From: Geosiphon pyriformis uo1
Taxonomy: Eukaryota; Fungi; Glomeromycota
Length of the DNA: 64,000 nt
NCBI GenBank assembly: GCA_016748015.1
Contig: JAAOMT010000494.1
Span: 612,190-676,189, forward strand
Direction: 5' to 3'
In this document: positions 35,701 to 48,249 of the stretch, piece by piece
Layout: each line of letters opens with the position of its first letter
How positions within the stretch are numbered: position 1 is the first letter of the stretch
Program-made: the position numbers and the translations under genes
The notes under the pieces: generated by a model
Told to the model about the DNA's origin: nothing
The model's database searches: none
Seen by the model: only the letters and a program-made list of their open reading frames with translations

Positions 35701-38700
35701 ATTAATAGAGCCACACAGAAAGATGTTCACCAAATGAAAAAAGCTAAGTACATTGAATATATAATGGAATTGCCTGGATTTAACTATGAAGATGAGGTAG
35801 AAACATACCACCAAATTGCAAGCCACTGTTACCGGAGGTTTTTGGTCTCTTTTCTTGAATGTTGTAACTGTCTGTTGGTTGCAAATTTACGTTTTCTAGA
35901 AGTAGTTGAATCTCCAATAACTGAATTTATCTTTAAATTATTTCTTATAATTTGAACTGCTGGGCTTATAAGTGGAATAGCCAATTCCTTGCCAATTACT
36001 TTATGTAGTTACATTGTAGTAAACGTCAACTTTTTCCCAGGAATTGCTTGTCTGGAAGTTCACTAAAATGTATAGTTACTTTGCTGTGAAAGTTAACTCT
36101 TCTATAGGAATCTTGTCTGTAGGCTACCCTAATGATTGTAATAAGAAAAGAAAAGAAAAATAAAAAAAATGTAAAAAAAATAGAATTTTGTCAAGAGAAA
36201 CGTTTTCTATTCAGGTCTGGAGTCACTAACAGTTTACTGAAATTGGTAGCTAATTAATTTCAAAACATTAGTTGGGTTTTGAGGATTTTCCAAGTGCAAT
36301 AATTAAAGAATTTGGTTTTTCAAATTATTTGATATTTATTTCTTTTTGTGTGGGTGTAGGAATGGTTCTAAGTGATAAATCTAAAGTAAGATACATTTTT
36401 CCAGAAGAGAAAAGCTCTTCTTTTATACAACTTGTTATAGTACTAGTCTATGAACTTGCACTTTTTCTCTTTGCTCAAATTTTGGCGAACTAAAAATACA
36501 TTTTGATGAACTACAAGTTATTTTGCTGAACTATTGATTAATTTGGGTGAACTATTCATAATTTCGGCGAATTTCTGTAAATTTCGGCGAATTTTTGAAT
36601 GTTACAAAGTTCAGAGTATTGTGTAATTTGATCATCCTACTTTCTGTTATACTAATTAAATTATTTTAATTGAATCGTGATATGTGATAATTGATTAAAT
36701 AATAAATGATAATTTGAAATGATATTAATATACTAATGAATTATAGGAATTATAAGAGTAATTTCATGCTAATTAATAGCTAAAATTTTACTGATAACAC
36801 CACACATATTCAACCCAAGAAGCTTAAATTTAACAATTAGAGCAAATGAACATTCAATTGTGTAAAGAATGTATCATGTCTTGTGATGACAAATGATGTC
36901 CAAAATATTATGTTCTTAGTATCTCCTTACTCAGTAAAAATAACCAAGAAGAAATTGAATTTGGAAAACTAAAAACAAAAAAAAAATTGCAATCACACTA
37001 ATCTATCTTACTGAAAACCAGTCTGCTATACAACTCAAATACTTTGACAACAATGGAAAAGGAATAAAACCAGAAAAAGCCCACAAAATTAATGCAGGAT
37101 ATGACCTAAAATATCCTGGCAAAGATACTTTGGTTTTTCAACCAAAATCTTTAAACAAAATCAATCTCAGAATTGCTTTGAAAATACCACCAGGAGCAAT
37201 AATTCAAATTGCATCCAGATCATCATTGGCAAGCAAAGAAATCAATGTTAGAGGAGGAATCATAGATACAGGATATACTGGAGATATTATCATCATGTTG
37301 CAGAATAAAACAGACAAATCATTTAGAATTGAACATGCTGAAAAGATTGCCCAAGCAATTTACCAACCCTTAATCAACATTTTGGGTTTACAATCAGTAA
37401 ACAACAGAGAACAATTGGGAAAAAGTGAATGAGGAACTCAAGATTTTGGTTCAACTGAATGATTTACAGTGCCAGTAAACATAGCTCTTAATGCACAAAA
37501 TGAATCTTACCAGATTCTTCAACTTCCTTAACCAATTACCATTTTATCTTTTGGAAAACATCACGAAATTTACACTTGCTTAAAACCCACTACTACCCAA
37601 CAAATCTTTGAATCCAATAAACAAATCTGTTTAAAGCATGAAATCTTAATCTCAAACGTTTATATTCCCAAAAGAATGAAAAAATTTCAAGTTATATTCT
37701 ATAACTCCAATAATTATTCTATTGTCTTATTAAATAAATTAGAAATTAGAATCATACACAGCAATATCTTCCAAGATAAAAACCCTTAAATTGTCTCTAA
37801 TTTCATCGAAATTATAAGACATACTTTACTTTCAAATCCAAACATTACTTCTATTATTAAAAACTATCATCTGTTGGAAGAAAAACTCTCTCGAATTAAC
37901 ATGGATCTCTTAGAACCCCAACAACAAAGACCATTGAAACAACTGATAGGTGAATTTGCAGATATATTTGCAAAAGACAACAATGACCTTGGAAAAACTG
38001 ATATTGTTCAACATCAGATTCACACAGGAGATACTCCACCAAAACAACAACAAGTCTATTGAGTTCCATCTGCTAGCCACCAATGTATTAGAGAAGAGTC
38101 CAAAAAATGCTCAATAATGGATTGATTCAATCATCAAAAAGTCCTTGGGTCTTATCAGTAGTTCTTATTAAAAAGAAAAACAGAAAAATTAGATTCTGTG
38201 TAGATTATTGTCAGCTTAACAGCATAACAATTGGAGATGTCTATCCTCTTCCAAGAATTGATGATATGCTAGATGTCTTAGGAAAAGCCAAGTTCTTCTC
38301 AACTTTAGACTTGGAAAGTGGATACTAACAAGTCAAAATGGACCTAAAAAATCGACCCAAAACAGCATTCACGAGTTCAATATTATGCCTTTTGAACTCT
38401 ACAATGCACCAGCAACATTCCAACAACTCATGAATGTTGTATATGAAGGATTTTTATGGCAATTAGTAGTTGTCTATCTGGATGACACTAATGTATACTC
38501 ACCAAGCTTTGAAGCCCATCTTATTTACTTGCAAAAAGTTTTTCAACGATTACAAAAAGCAGAATTAAAGTTAAACATTGAGAAATATTACTTTGAAAAA
38601 ACAAGTCTAATCTTTTTTGGACACATTGTTAACAAAAATAGAGTCAAATCAAACCCTAAAACAATCAGTGCTGTCAAAAACTTTCAAATTCCCAAAAATA

Positions 38701-39287
38701 CTACAGAGCTACAAGAATTTGTAAGATTAGCTTTCTATTATCAAAAATTCATAAAAGAATTCTCAGAAATTGCCAAACTACTCAATTATCTTATCAACAA
38801 AAACATGTTATATCAATGGACTGAGGAACAACAGAAAGCTTTTAAAACTTTCAAAACAAAATTGACAACAGCCCCAGTTTTTGCTTACCCAGACTTCAAC
38901 AAATGATTCTAATTAGCTACTGATGCTTTACATATAGTATTTAATGCTATTTTATCACAATTAGATAAAAATGGCCAAGAACAAGTCATTGCCTATGTCA
39001 GTAGAACACTCAAGCCAACAGAATTCAAATATGGCTCAACTGAATTAGAAGCTGCCACAGTCATTTGAGCTCTTAAACATTTTCAACAATATCTGAAAAA
39101 TAGAAAAAAATTTGACATCATAACTAACAATATTGGTCTCAAATAGCTCAATAAGAAGAAAACTGAACAAAGTGCCAAACAGTCTTGATAAAATAATTTC
39201 CTAGCAGACTACAAGTATATTATACATCACAAACCAGGAAAATTACACATTAATATTAATAGTCTCTCAAGAATGAGACAAGATTAA
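32717..39287 (+). pseudogene. A3 Gag-PR-Cys-rich-dUTPase-RT-RH polyprotein (degraded)
   Basis: CHYC(E)ISGHWKRDC knuckle at ~34138; protease LILNSR (D>N); dUTPase ORF 37130-37432; RT YPLPRIDD and YLDD (ORFs 38107-38328, 38385-38906); ends SRMRQD*. Confidence 0.95.
35827..36799 (-). mobile_element. Solo LTR (family A, distinct subtype) inserted antisense in A3
   Basis: TGTTACCGG...CTGATAACA, 973 bp, perfect TSD CCAC on both sides. Confidence 0.95.
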
Positions 39288-39344
39288 CATCAACAACAAA
39301 TCCACCACAACTTACTAATTTACCAACAAAACAACAAAACAACA

Positions 39345-40730
39345 ATGGATTTCAGAAATTACAACAATCATAAAAACTATTTGGAGACTTTTACCATACC
39401 AGAAAATTAGTTTCCAAGTGAAAAACATTGATTACAACACCAATCTAAACAATATTTTATATATCACAACAAAATCTATTACAAAAATTGCAGAAATTCA
39501 AACCAACTATTCAGATTAGTATAAGAAAATAAAAAAGAAACAATTCTATACAACATGTACACAGATCCTTTTTCAGCACACTTGGGAAGAGATAAAACAA
39601 TTCAAAGAACTCTTGAACATTATTTTTGGTTTTACATGCAAAAAGACATTTAATAATATGTAGAATCTTATAATAGTTGTCAAAGAAGAAGAGAAACTCG
39701 CCCCACAGAACCTTTAAATCCAATCAAAGTTGGACAATCTTTTGACAAAGTTAGAATTAATTTAGTCAGACCATTACCTATTACAACCCAAGGAAATTGT
39801 TATATTGCAGTTGCAGTAAATTATCTCACCAAATAGCCTGAATCTAGAGCCATCCAAAGAACAGATGCAAAATCAGTAGCAAATTTCATCTATGAAAACA
39901 TTATTTGTAGACATGGATGTCCAATTGAATTTTTATCTGATCAAGGAACACATTTTGTAAACAACTTGATACAAGAAATTTGTGAATAATTCAATGTCAA
40001 AAGACCTCTATCATTACCTTATTACCCTCAAACAAATGGATTTGTAGAACAGTTCAACAGAACATTGTGTGAATCTTTAGCCAAAGTCTCAACGGATTTT
40101 GAGCAGGAATAGAATATCTTTATTCCATTAGTGTTATTAGTATACGGAACACTAAAACAAGATACTATGAAACACATACCATTTGATCTTACTTATAAAA
40201 AAACAGCAATATTACCAATTAATTTCACAGTGAAAACATACCCAGTGCAACCAATCAATGAAGAAAACTTTCAAAAAACACTCCAAAGAAGAGCCTACAC
40301 TTTTCTTAGTACATTTGAAGGAAAGAGACACATAACAGCCACTTATATTGAATACTCCCAAGCCCTACAAAAAGAAAGACATGACAACAAACTGCCACCA
40401 ATTACCAACAAATTTAAGGTTGGAAATAAAGTTCTCTTACACAAAACTAAGGCTAAAAAACAATGGAGTAAAAAATTTGAACATAAATAAAATAGACTAT
40501 TTTATATTCATGAAATCTTAAGCAATAGATTATACAAGTTAAGACTTGATAACAAAGTACTAGCAAAAGTTGCACATGGAGATAGATTGAAACACTATTA
40601 TTCCAGAAACAATTTTGAACCATTAATTCCATGAATTGGTATACATTTCTCTTTAGTTAATCCTGAAGATATTCCCCGAAATTTAGAACCAATAGTTATA
40701 ATAAAACAACAATCAAACTTGAATACTTAA
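39345..40730 (+). pseudogene. A3 stand-alone integrase ORF (degraded)
   Basis: ATG at 39345; ORF 40131-40490; colinear with A2. Confidence 0.92.
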
Positions 40731-40891
40731 TTTAACATTTTTATAATGATTTCTTCTAAATACACAAACATAAAAACAAAAATAGTAAATAATTACAAGA
40801 AACACTCAAACCCAAAAACAAATAAAAACCCTATACCCAAAAATAATTTCTTTATTCTTTTTTTTTCTTTATTAATTAGTTAATTTTTATT

Positions 40892-41599
40892 ATGATTATT
40901 CTCTGAAATATTCAACAAATATTCCAAAAATTAATGCTAGTCTTAAAAACACTTCCTGACTTATCTATAACGATTAATAGAAGTCAAATTAATTATATTT
41001 AAAAAGAAATTACAGCCCCAGTAGTAAATAATTCTCAGAACTATTACCCTTATAGAAAAAAAACAAGAGGTCACTTTGAAAATAGGTTACCAGAACTTTT
41101 GAAGCAAGCACTAAAAGAAAACTTTTTAATTGTCCCTATTGACATTCCACCAAATGCCACAATTTAACAAAAACTTTTACTATTTCTTAATAAACAGAAC
41201 AATGAACATACTCTTATATATAGATATTTTCATATTAGAAAAACACTTTATGAACAAAAACTGGAACTTGAAGCAACCAACATCATTCTTGAAGCTATAC
41301 AAAAACAAATTTACAATGAATTCAAGACAGCAGCTGGACCAATAAACACTCACTACAAACTTAGAGCAGCATCTAGACTCTATAATTTATTCAACACTTG
41401 TAAAAACGTCTTACAAAATCCAATACTCCATTCAATGAAGATTTAATATATTGGAAAACTCACAGAACTGAAATTTCAACAATTTTCAGACCAGATTACT
41501 TCAATTATCTTGGACCACTATCTTAACATTACAGATAGTGCTTGGACTTTGACAGAGCTCAGTCTTAAGGAGAAGATTATGTTACTAGTAGAATTTTAG
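40892..41599 (+). pseudogene. A3 accessory ORF3 (degraded)
   Basis: 708 nt, the same length as the intact A2 copy. Confidence 0.88.
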
Positions 41600-42552
41600 C
41601 TATTAATTAGCATGAAATTACCCTTATAATTCCTATTATTAATTAGCATATATTATTATTATTTCGATTATCACTTATTATTTAATCAAATTATCAAATA
41701 TTATTACTTAATCAATAATCTGATTTGTATTCTAGAAATTAAGATGATCAAATTACACAATACTCTGAACTATTTAACATAGTTAAAATTCGCTGAAATT
41801 AATGGAAATTGGCCGAAATAATCAATAGTTCAGTGAAATAACTTGTAGTTCACTGAAATGTATCTTTAGTTTACCCAAATTGTAGCAAAGAGAAAAGTGC
41901 AAATTTAAAGACTAGTACTACAGCAAGTTGTATAAAAGAAGAGCTTCTCTTTTCAAGAAAATGTATCTTTTCATAGTATCTTACTATAGCATCTTATTTT
42001 AAATATCTTTAAAAAAACAAATCACTTTTTATACATTCAAATAAAAAAAATTAAATATTCAAAAAACAAATCCTTTGATTATTACACTTGAAATTTTCCA
42101 ACACAACTAACGTTTTGAAATTGATTAGCTACCAATTTCAATAAACTGTTAGTGACTTCAGGCTTGGATAGAAAACGTTTTCTCTTAATAAAATCCTATT
42201 TTTTTACATTTCTTTTATTTTTTTTTCTTTTTCTTATCATAATTATTAGGGTAGCCCACAGACAAGATTTCTGTAGAAGAGTTGACTTTTACAGCAAAGT
42301 AACTACACATTTTTAGTGAGCTTCCAGATGAGCAATTCCTGGGAAAGAGTTGACATTTACTACAACATAACTACATAAAGTAACTGGCAAAAAATTGGCC
42401 ATTCCACTTATAAACCCAGCAATTCAAATTATAAGAAATAATTTGAAGATAAATTTAGTTACTAGAGGTCCAACTACTTCCTGAAAACGTGAATTCACAG
42501 CAAATCAACATTAACAACATTCAAGAAAAGAGACCAAAAACCTCCAGTAACA
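41580..42552 (+). repeat. A3 3' LTR
   Basis: Direct repeat of 31699-32671. Confidence 0.95.
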
Positions 42553-44275
42553 ATACTTATTAGAGATAATAAAAGTAATTATTAAATGTTTTGGAAAACA
42601 CATTGGTATTATCTAAATAAACTATTACTAATTTTCATAGTAATCTAGTATAAACAATTTCTATTAGTTATTGAAAGATGACTGAGACATTAATTAAACC
42701 AAAAAACATAATATCAAATTCAAAATTCTTTTCTCTTATGATAAATGTTGTTTTCTCTTTATTGGCTGAATTAATGACTACTTACCAATAATTATTGTCT
42801 AAGTTTAATATGAAAAACCATTTCTTTTTTCCAAAAGCATCAAATAATTTTTGGATTTGTAAAGTTAAATAGCTGTTTCTATAAGTGATGCTATTGAGTA
42901 TTTTGTAATTTACACAAAAGCAAATTTTTCCATTTTTTTTCAAAATAAGTATTACTAGTAATAACTATGAATTTATTGATGATTGAATTAACTTATTGTT
43001 TAATATTCAGTTGATTTTTTGTCAGATTATTTTATGCTAGTGAATAGTACTTAATATGCTCTTTGTTTGATTAACATTGTATTTCCAGTTTTAATTTAAT
43101 GTTAAATGATATTGGTTTTGCCAAATTCATTTTTACAAGTGAAAATGTCTGTAAAATTATTAAGCAACAATTTAATTTGTATTCATTGAAGTGGGTTTAG
43201 ATTTCCCAAATTTATTTGTTCTAACTGCTCTAGTTATAACAAATAGCATTCTTTTTATTTATAAATAGTCTATGATGTAATGTTTACATATATATAAAGT
43301 TATAAAAAATCTGAAATTGTTTAAGTATTTAATGATGATTTTAATTGGTAATTCTATTAGATCTCTAATGGTATTGTGGATTAAAATTCTAATGTGTTTG
43401 TAGTCTTTAACTGGCAGATACAAATTGGTAATTGTAATTTTTTTTAATTTACATATAATAGATTTTACTTCAAACAATTGGAGTTAATTTTTCAATTTTT
43501 TTTCTATAGCTAATATGTACTAATCATAAAATAAAATAAAAATTAATTGCTGAATAGAAATAATTTCTTTCTAATTAATGATTTTTTTTTCTGTTATATT
43601 AACTAATAATTTTATTCTTCTTGTTAATTTAAACTTATTTATTCCTTATGCTATTATCTCTAATTTTTTATTTATTTCTACTAATACTAATTGAGCTATT
43701 TTTACCAAAATCAAAAATATTGTCTGTGCTATTTTTTTATTTAGTTCAATAGTATATGTTTTTTTTAATTTATTTTGTAATATTACAATAATATTTTTTA
43801 TATATCTTGTATTAATTATTCTTTTTTTAATGTTAATTTCTTTTTTGGCTAAGTTAGATCTAAATGCTAATTGAATTATTGCTGTTGCTAGAATTTTCAG
43901 TGTTATTTTTAAATTTATATTAGTGTACAAATAAGATTTCAATATGATGACATCTTTTTCAGAATATTTAAGATCAAATTCTACATTAATATTATATGCA
44001 TGTTTTAACATAATACTTTTATTATTATTGTTGAACCATTTAAGTTTCTGTTTTATAGAAAGATTTGAAAACACAATGTATCATTTAGAATTTAAATCAA
44101 AATTTAAATTGTTGTTATTGCTATAGTTAATATTATTAAAACTGTTATTGTTATTATTGTTGAAGTTTAAATTAAAATTAATTTCTAATTCTGATTTTGT
44201 AGTATAATTGCTGATTGGTTCTTTCTTTTTAGAAATCAAATAAATCATATGCAGTAGTAAATTATAAATAAAATT
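42553..44275 (-). pseudogene. Inverted pol segment, part 3 (end of the Cys-rich module, dUTPase, RT N-terminus)
   Basis: ORFs 43646-44074 (dUTPase), 44081-44296 and 43259-43477 match B1 ~25830-27590. Confidence 0.85.
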
Positions 44276-46836
44276 ACTATTAATGTATTTAGACATTATC
44301 TAATATGTTCAAACTTGTAATGCTTGTTAAAAAAAAGAAAAAACAAAACCTAGTGAATCACTAAAACCAATTAAAGTGGGACAACTATTTGATTAAATTG
44401 AAATTGATTTAGTTAAACCATTAACTATTACTAACAGAAACAATTAATATATAATAGTAGTCATAAATTATTTTACAAAATGACCAGAAGCAAAATTAAT
44501 TTAAAAAGCAAATGCAGAATTTGTAACTAAATTTGTCTACCAATATTTAATTTGTCAACATAGATGTTTACAAAAATTATTATTAGATCAAAAAACTTAC
44601 TTTGTAAACAAAACACTAATAAAATTAAGTTGAAAATTTGAAATTAAGAAACTATTATTATTACTATATTATCTATAAACAAATAGCTTAGTCAGAAAGT
44701 TTAACAGAATATTATACAAAGCAATAACCAAGATTAGCCAAAAAACCAGAATAAATAGAATTTGTTTATACTATTAGTATTATTTGCTTATCAAACAATA
44801 AAGCAAGATATTATACAAGCAATACTATTTAAATTAATTTATAATAAAACAGCAATATTATTAGTTAAGATAGATATTAATACATATTTAACTGAACTAA
44901 TAACAAAAGTCAACTTCTAAGAAACATTACTAAGAAGAACATATAACTTAATAGAAACTTTAAAAAATAAAAAATAAAAAGCAGCCAATAACATATAAAA
45001 GTCATAAACAAAACAAAAAAAATGACATGATAACCAGTTACCAAATAAACTAGTTAAATTTAGAATTAAAAACAAAGTACTTTTATATTATATCAAAGTA
45101 AAAAAAACAATGGAGTTGAAAATTTGATCCCAAATAGAACAGTTTATTTTATATTGAAGAAATTTTGGAAAATAAAACATACAAATTAAAATAAAACAAC
45201 TAAATTTTAACCAAAGCAGTATATAGTAATTAACTAAAATTATATTACAGTATAGTATTATTATTTACCAGTAATATTTTACAACTAGGAGTACAACAAA
45301 TATTAGTTCAATCAGATGAGATTCTACAAGATCTAAAATCAATAATAATTATTAACACAAACATGTCAAATTGATTTACAAAAACAGTATATTAAAAACT
45401 AATACACATGATAAAAGCAAACAAAAAATATGAAAATTACTAATGATATTTATTTATTTGCATAATAACTATTACAACTTATTCAACATTAAAAATTGAG
45501 TTTAGAAGTCACTATTAACAAATAAACAATTTAATATAAAAACAAAAGAATAAATCAAAAATTTTAAAGAAAAGAACAATATCTTAGATATTATTTTTCT
45601 GAAAATTCAGTAAACAAAATAATAAAAAAAGTAAAAAAAACATTGAAAACTTTAAAGATAATAATACCAGATAAAAAAATAATACTAAAAAATTAGAACC
45701 AATGAACACAACAAATTTCCAAGAATTTTTGCTACTATCAATTAGAACAAAAACTAAATATTTAAAACTTATATATAAATAAAACCAAATAAATATTTAA
45801 TATAATTATATTACAACAAATTAAACAAGTTGTAAAAAAAAGCAATTTATTTACATGTGTAAAAGCAATCTACCGACTATAAATAGAATTTCAAAACTAA
45901 CCAGAAATATTTTTATATTTAGCAATAAGTATAATGACTATTAATTAACTAGAAAAATTAACCAATACTCGATTTAACAAATTGCAAACTAGAATTACAA
46001 AAGCAATTCTTGAAAAAGAAGTAATAAAACTAATCCAAAAAAAAAATTTAAAAGATTTAAGAGATTTCAATAGAGCTCAATATTAAAAGAAAAAAATAAT
46101 ATTACTCATAGAAATTAAAAATTATTATAGTAAATAAAATAACCAATCAGAAATAGGCATAGTAAAAAGAAGAATTTCATATAATATAAATTATGTATAT
46201 ATAATAAAAATATTAAAAGCAAAAAAAAATATAAAAATTTAATAGAGTTCAGAACAACAATACTTTTTTCTTCAAAAAATAGTTTTTTATAACTTGAAAT
46301 AAAATTATATTAATATTAATAAAATATCTAATTAACATCCAATTCATGTTATCATTACTTAATTAAAAATATTAATCACTTTCCTCACTATTAACATTCT
46401 ATGTTGATAAAATTTGATACTTAACCACACTAAACCAATAGCTTTTAATCATGACTATTAATAAGATACTAATTTTTTATTTATTTTATTTTATTTTATT
46501 TTCTTTTGTTTCGTTTTTTTGTTGTTTATTAATTAAAAAAAAATTAAGTACTGAGTATTTGACATCAAGAATAGCCTGATAAAATATCTGGAAACAAGAG
46601 TAAAAAATTTAAAGATTGCTTATTAGAAAGACACAATTGCCAAAATAAACCAGCTATTACACTAAAGAAAAAAATTCACAGAAGAAACCATTAATTAAAT
46701 CTCTGTCTATTATACAAAAGACTCAATCAAAATCTTCAGATTCCAAAATTTTTAGAAATTACCAATATCCCAACTATTAAATACCAAGTTACAGATTTGT
46801 TATTTGTTTCAACAACTCAAATAATCATCTATAACA
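44276..46836 (+). mobile_element. 3' part of element C: integrase remnant (to ~45374), ORF3 (45430-46086), PPT and 3' LTR (46100-46836)
   Basis: Colinear with B1 from ~28640 onward; the LTR ends ATAACA. Confidence 0.85.
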
Positions 46837-48170
46837 CTAGTAAAAAAAATTAATTATAAGTCATGTTAAATTTTGAGTATCTATAACTAATAAAAAAGCA
46901 TTTTTATCATTTTTTGTATTACAATTTTTTTTCTTTTGCTTATTAGATATTGGATTATACATAATGCTTTGCAAAAGATTTATTCTAAAGAATTGGTTAA
47001 AAAAGACTTTAACATTATTTAATAACAAAAAAAAATGATTTTTATATTGGTAAGTTTTTTCTACTAATTAATTAATTATTATTGTTAAGTAATATAGTTT
47101 ATTAAAGTCAAGCTAAAATTAGAAACAGAAAAAACTGAATTGATAAAAGATAATAATATGATGTTTATGATAATCTGTAAACTGTATTCAGGTTTGTTTA
47201 ATAAAGTAATTTATATGCTTGGTATTATTAAATCAATAATAATTATCTTTAGCAAACATGTATTATGTGCATTTTTTTCTAATATTAATAATAATTTATG
47301 TATGTATATAAATATATAGTGTTGTTTAAATTAGTCTAAATAACTAATTATATGTAAAAATATGTAAATTTTATTTAGTTGGGATTACTTAATCTAACTT
47401 TGTATATTAGATAACAATTGGACTATATTCATTAAACAAATAAAAATAAAAAAAATTACAAATAATTTGAAATTGCTAAAAATAATACAAAAACAATTTG
47501 ATATTTAACTGTTATTACAAAATAATTTAATATTATAAAAATTTAATAAAAAAAAATATATTTTAAAAATTAATTTTATAATAGATTATAACTATTAATT
47601 GTAATTAAGTAACATAAATTAAACTAATTACAATTAAAAACAATTTACATAATATAATTAAAGAATTAATAATAATAACTTATATTAAGATTTTTGTCTT
47701 TTATAAAAAAACTTAATATATATAAATTATTTAATAAAAACTATTAAAATCTTTAAATATAATAAAGATTTTAAAACTCACAAAACTTTTAAAGACTAAT
47801 ATAACATAAAATAAACACCAAAGATTACAATATTTTATTTAAATAAATTATCTGTAATATTAGCTTTATTATTAGATATGCTTGTATTAAAGCTGTTAAA
47901 TTCTAAACAAAAAAATTTAACAACAAATAAATAAAAGTATATAAAAGACAAGAAAAACAAAAAACTTTTTCAGAAAACTTTTACTTTTTTGAAGGTTTTG
48001 GAATTGGCCAGAAAAAAGTTTTTTCCTTTTGTATATTTTGTTTAAAACAAATAATTTATTTTTAATTTTTAAACATTTTATTTAAAAAATAAGTAAGATA
48101 TTTGTCAATTTAAAAGATATTATTCTGAATTATAAGTTTTATATTTTCTAATAAAAACAAATATTTGTGA
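46837..48170. other. Extremely AT-rich border between the TE block and the gene block
   Basis: Very few G/C and no CpG seen; no ORF. Confidence 0.6.
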
Positions 48171-48249
48171 ACTAAGGATTTAGTTCTAACGAAGCCAGCA
48201 AAACGTTTTAACTCTCAAATAATTCACATTTTTTTATTATCAAGGGATT

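Larger units (their letters stand above)
31699..42552 (+). mobile_element. Element A3: full-length family-A LTR retrotransposon with a nested solo LTR
   Basis: 973-bp LTRs at 31699-32671 and 41580-42552; TSD ACAC/ATAC; PBS at 32674-32689; PPT before 41580. Confidence 0.95.

Noticed and set aside
35674-35955. 93-aa ORF ending YRRFLVSFLECCNCLL...
   Set aside because: Chimera of the Pol frame reading into the antisense solo LTR. ORF 16254-16448 is a similar LTR read-in.
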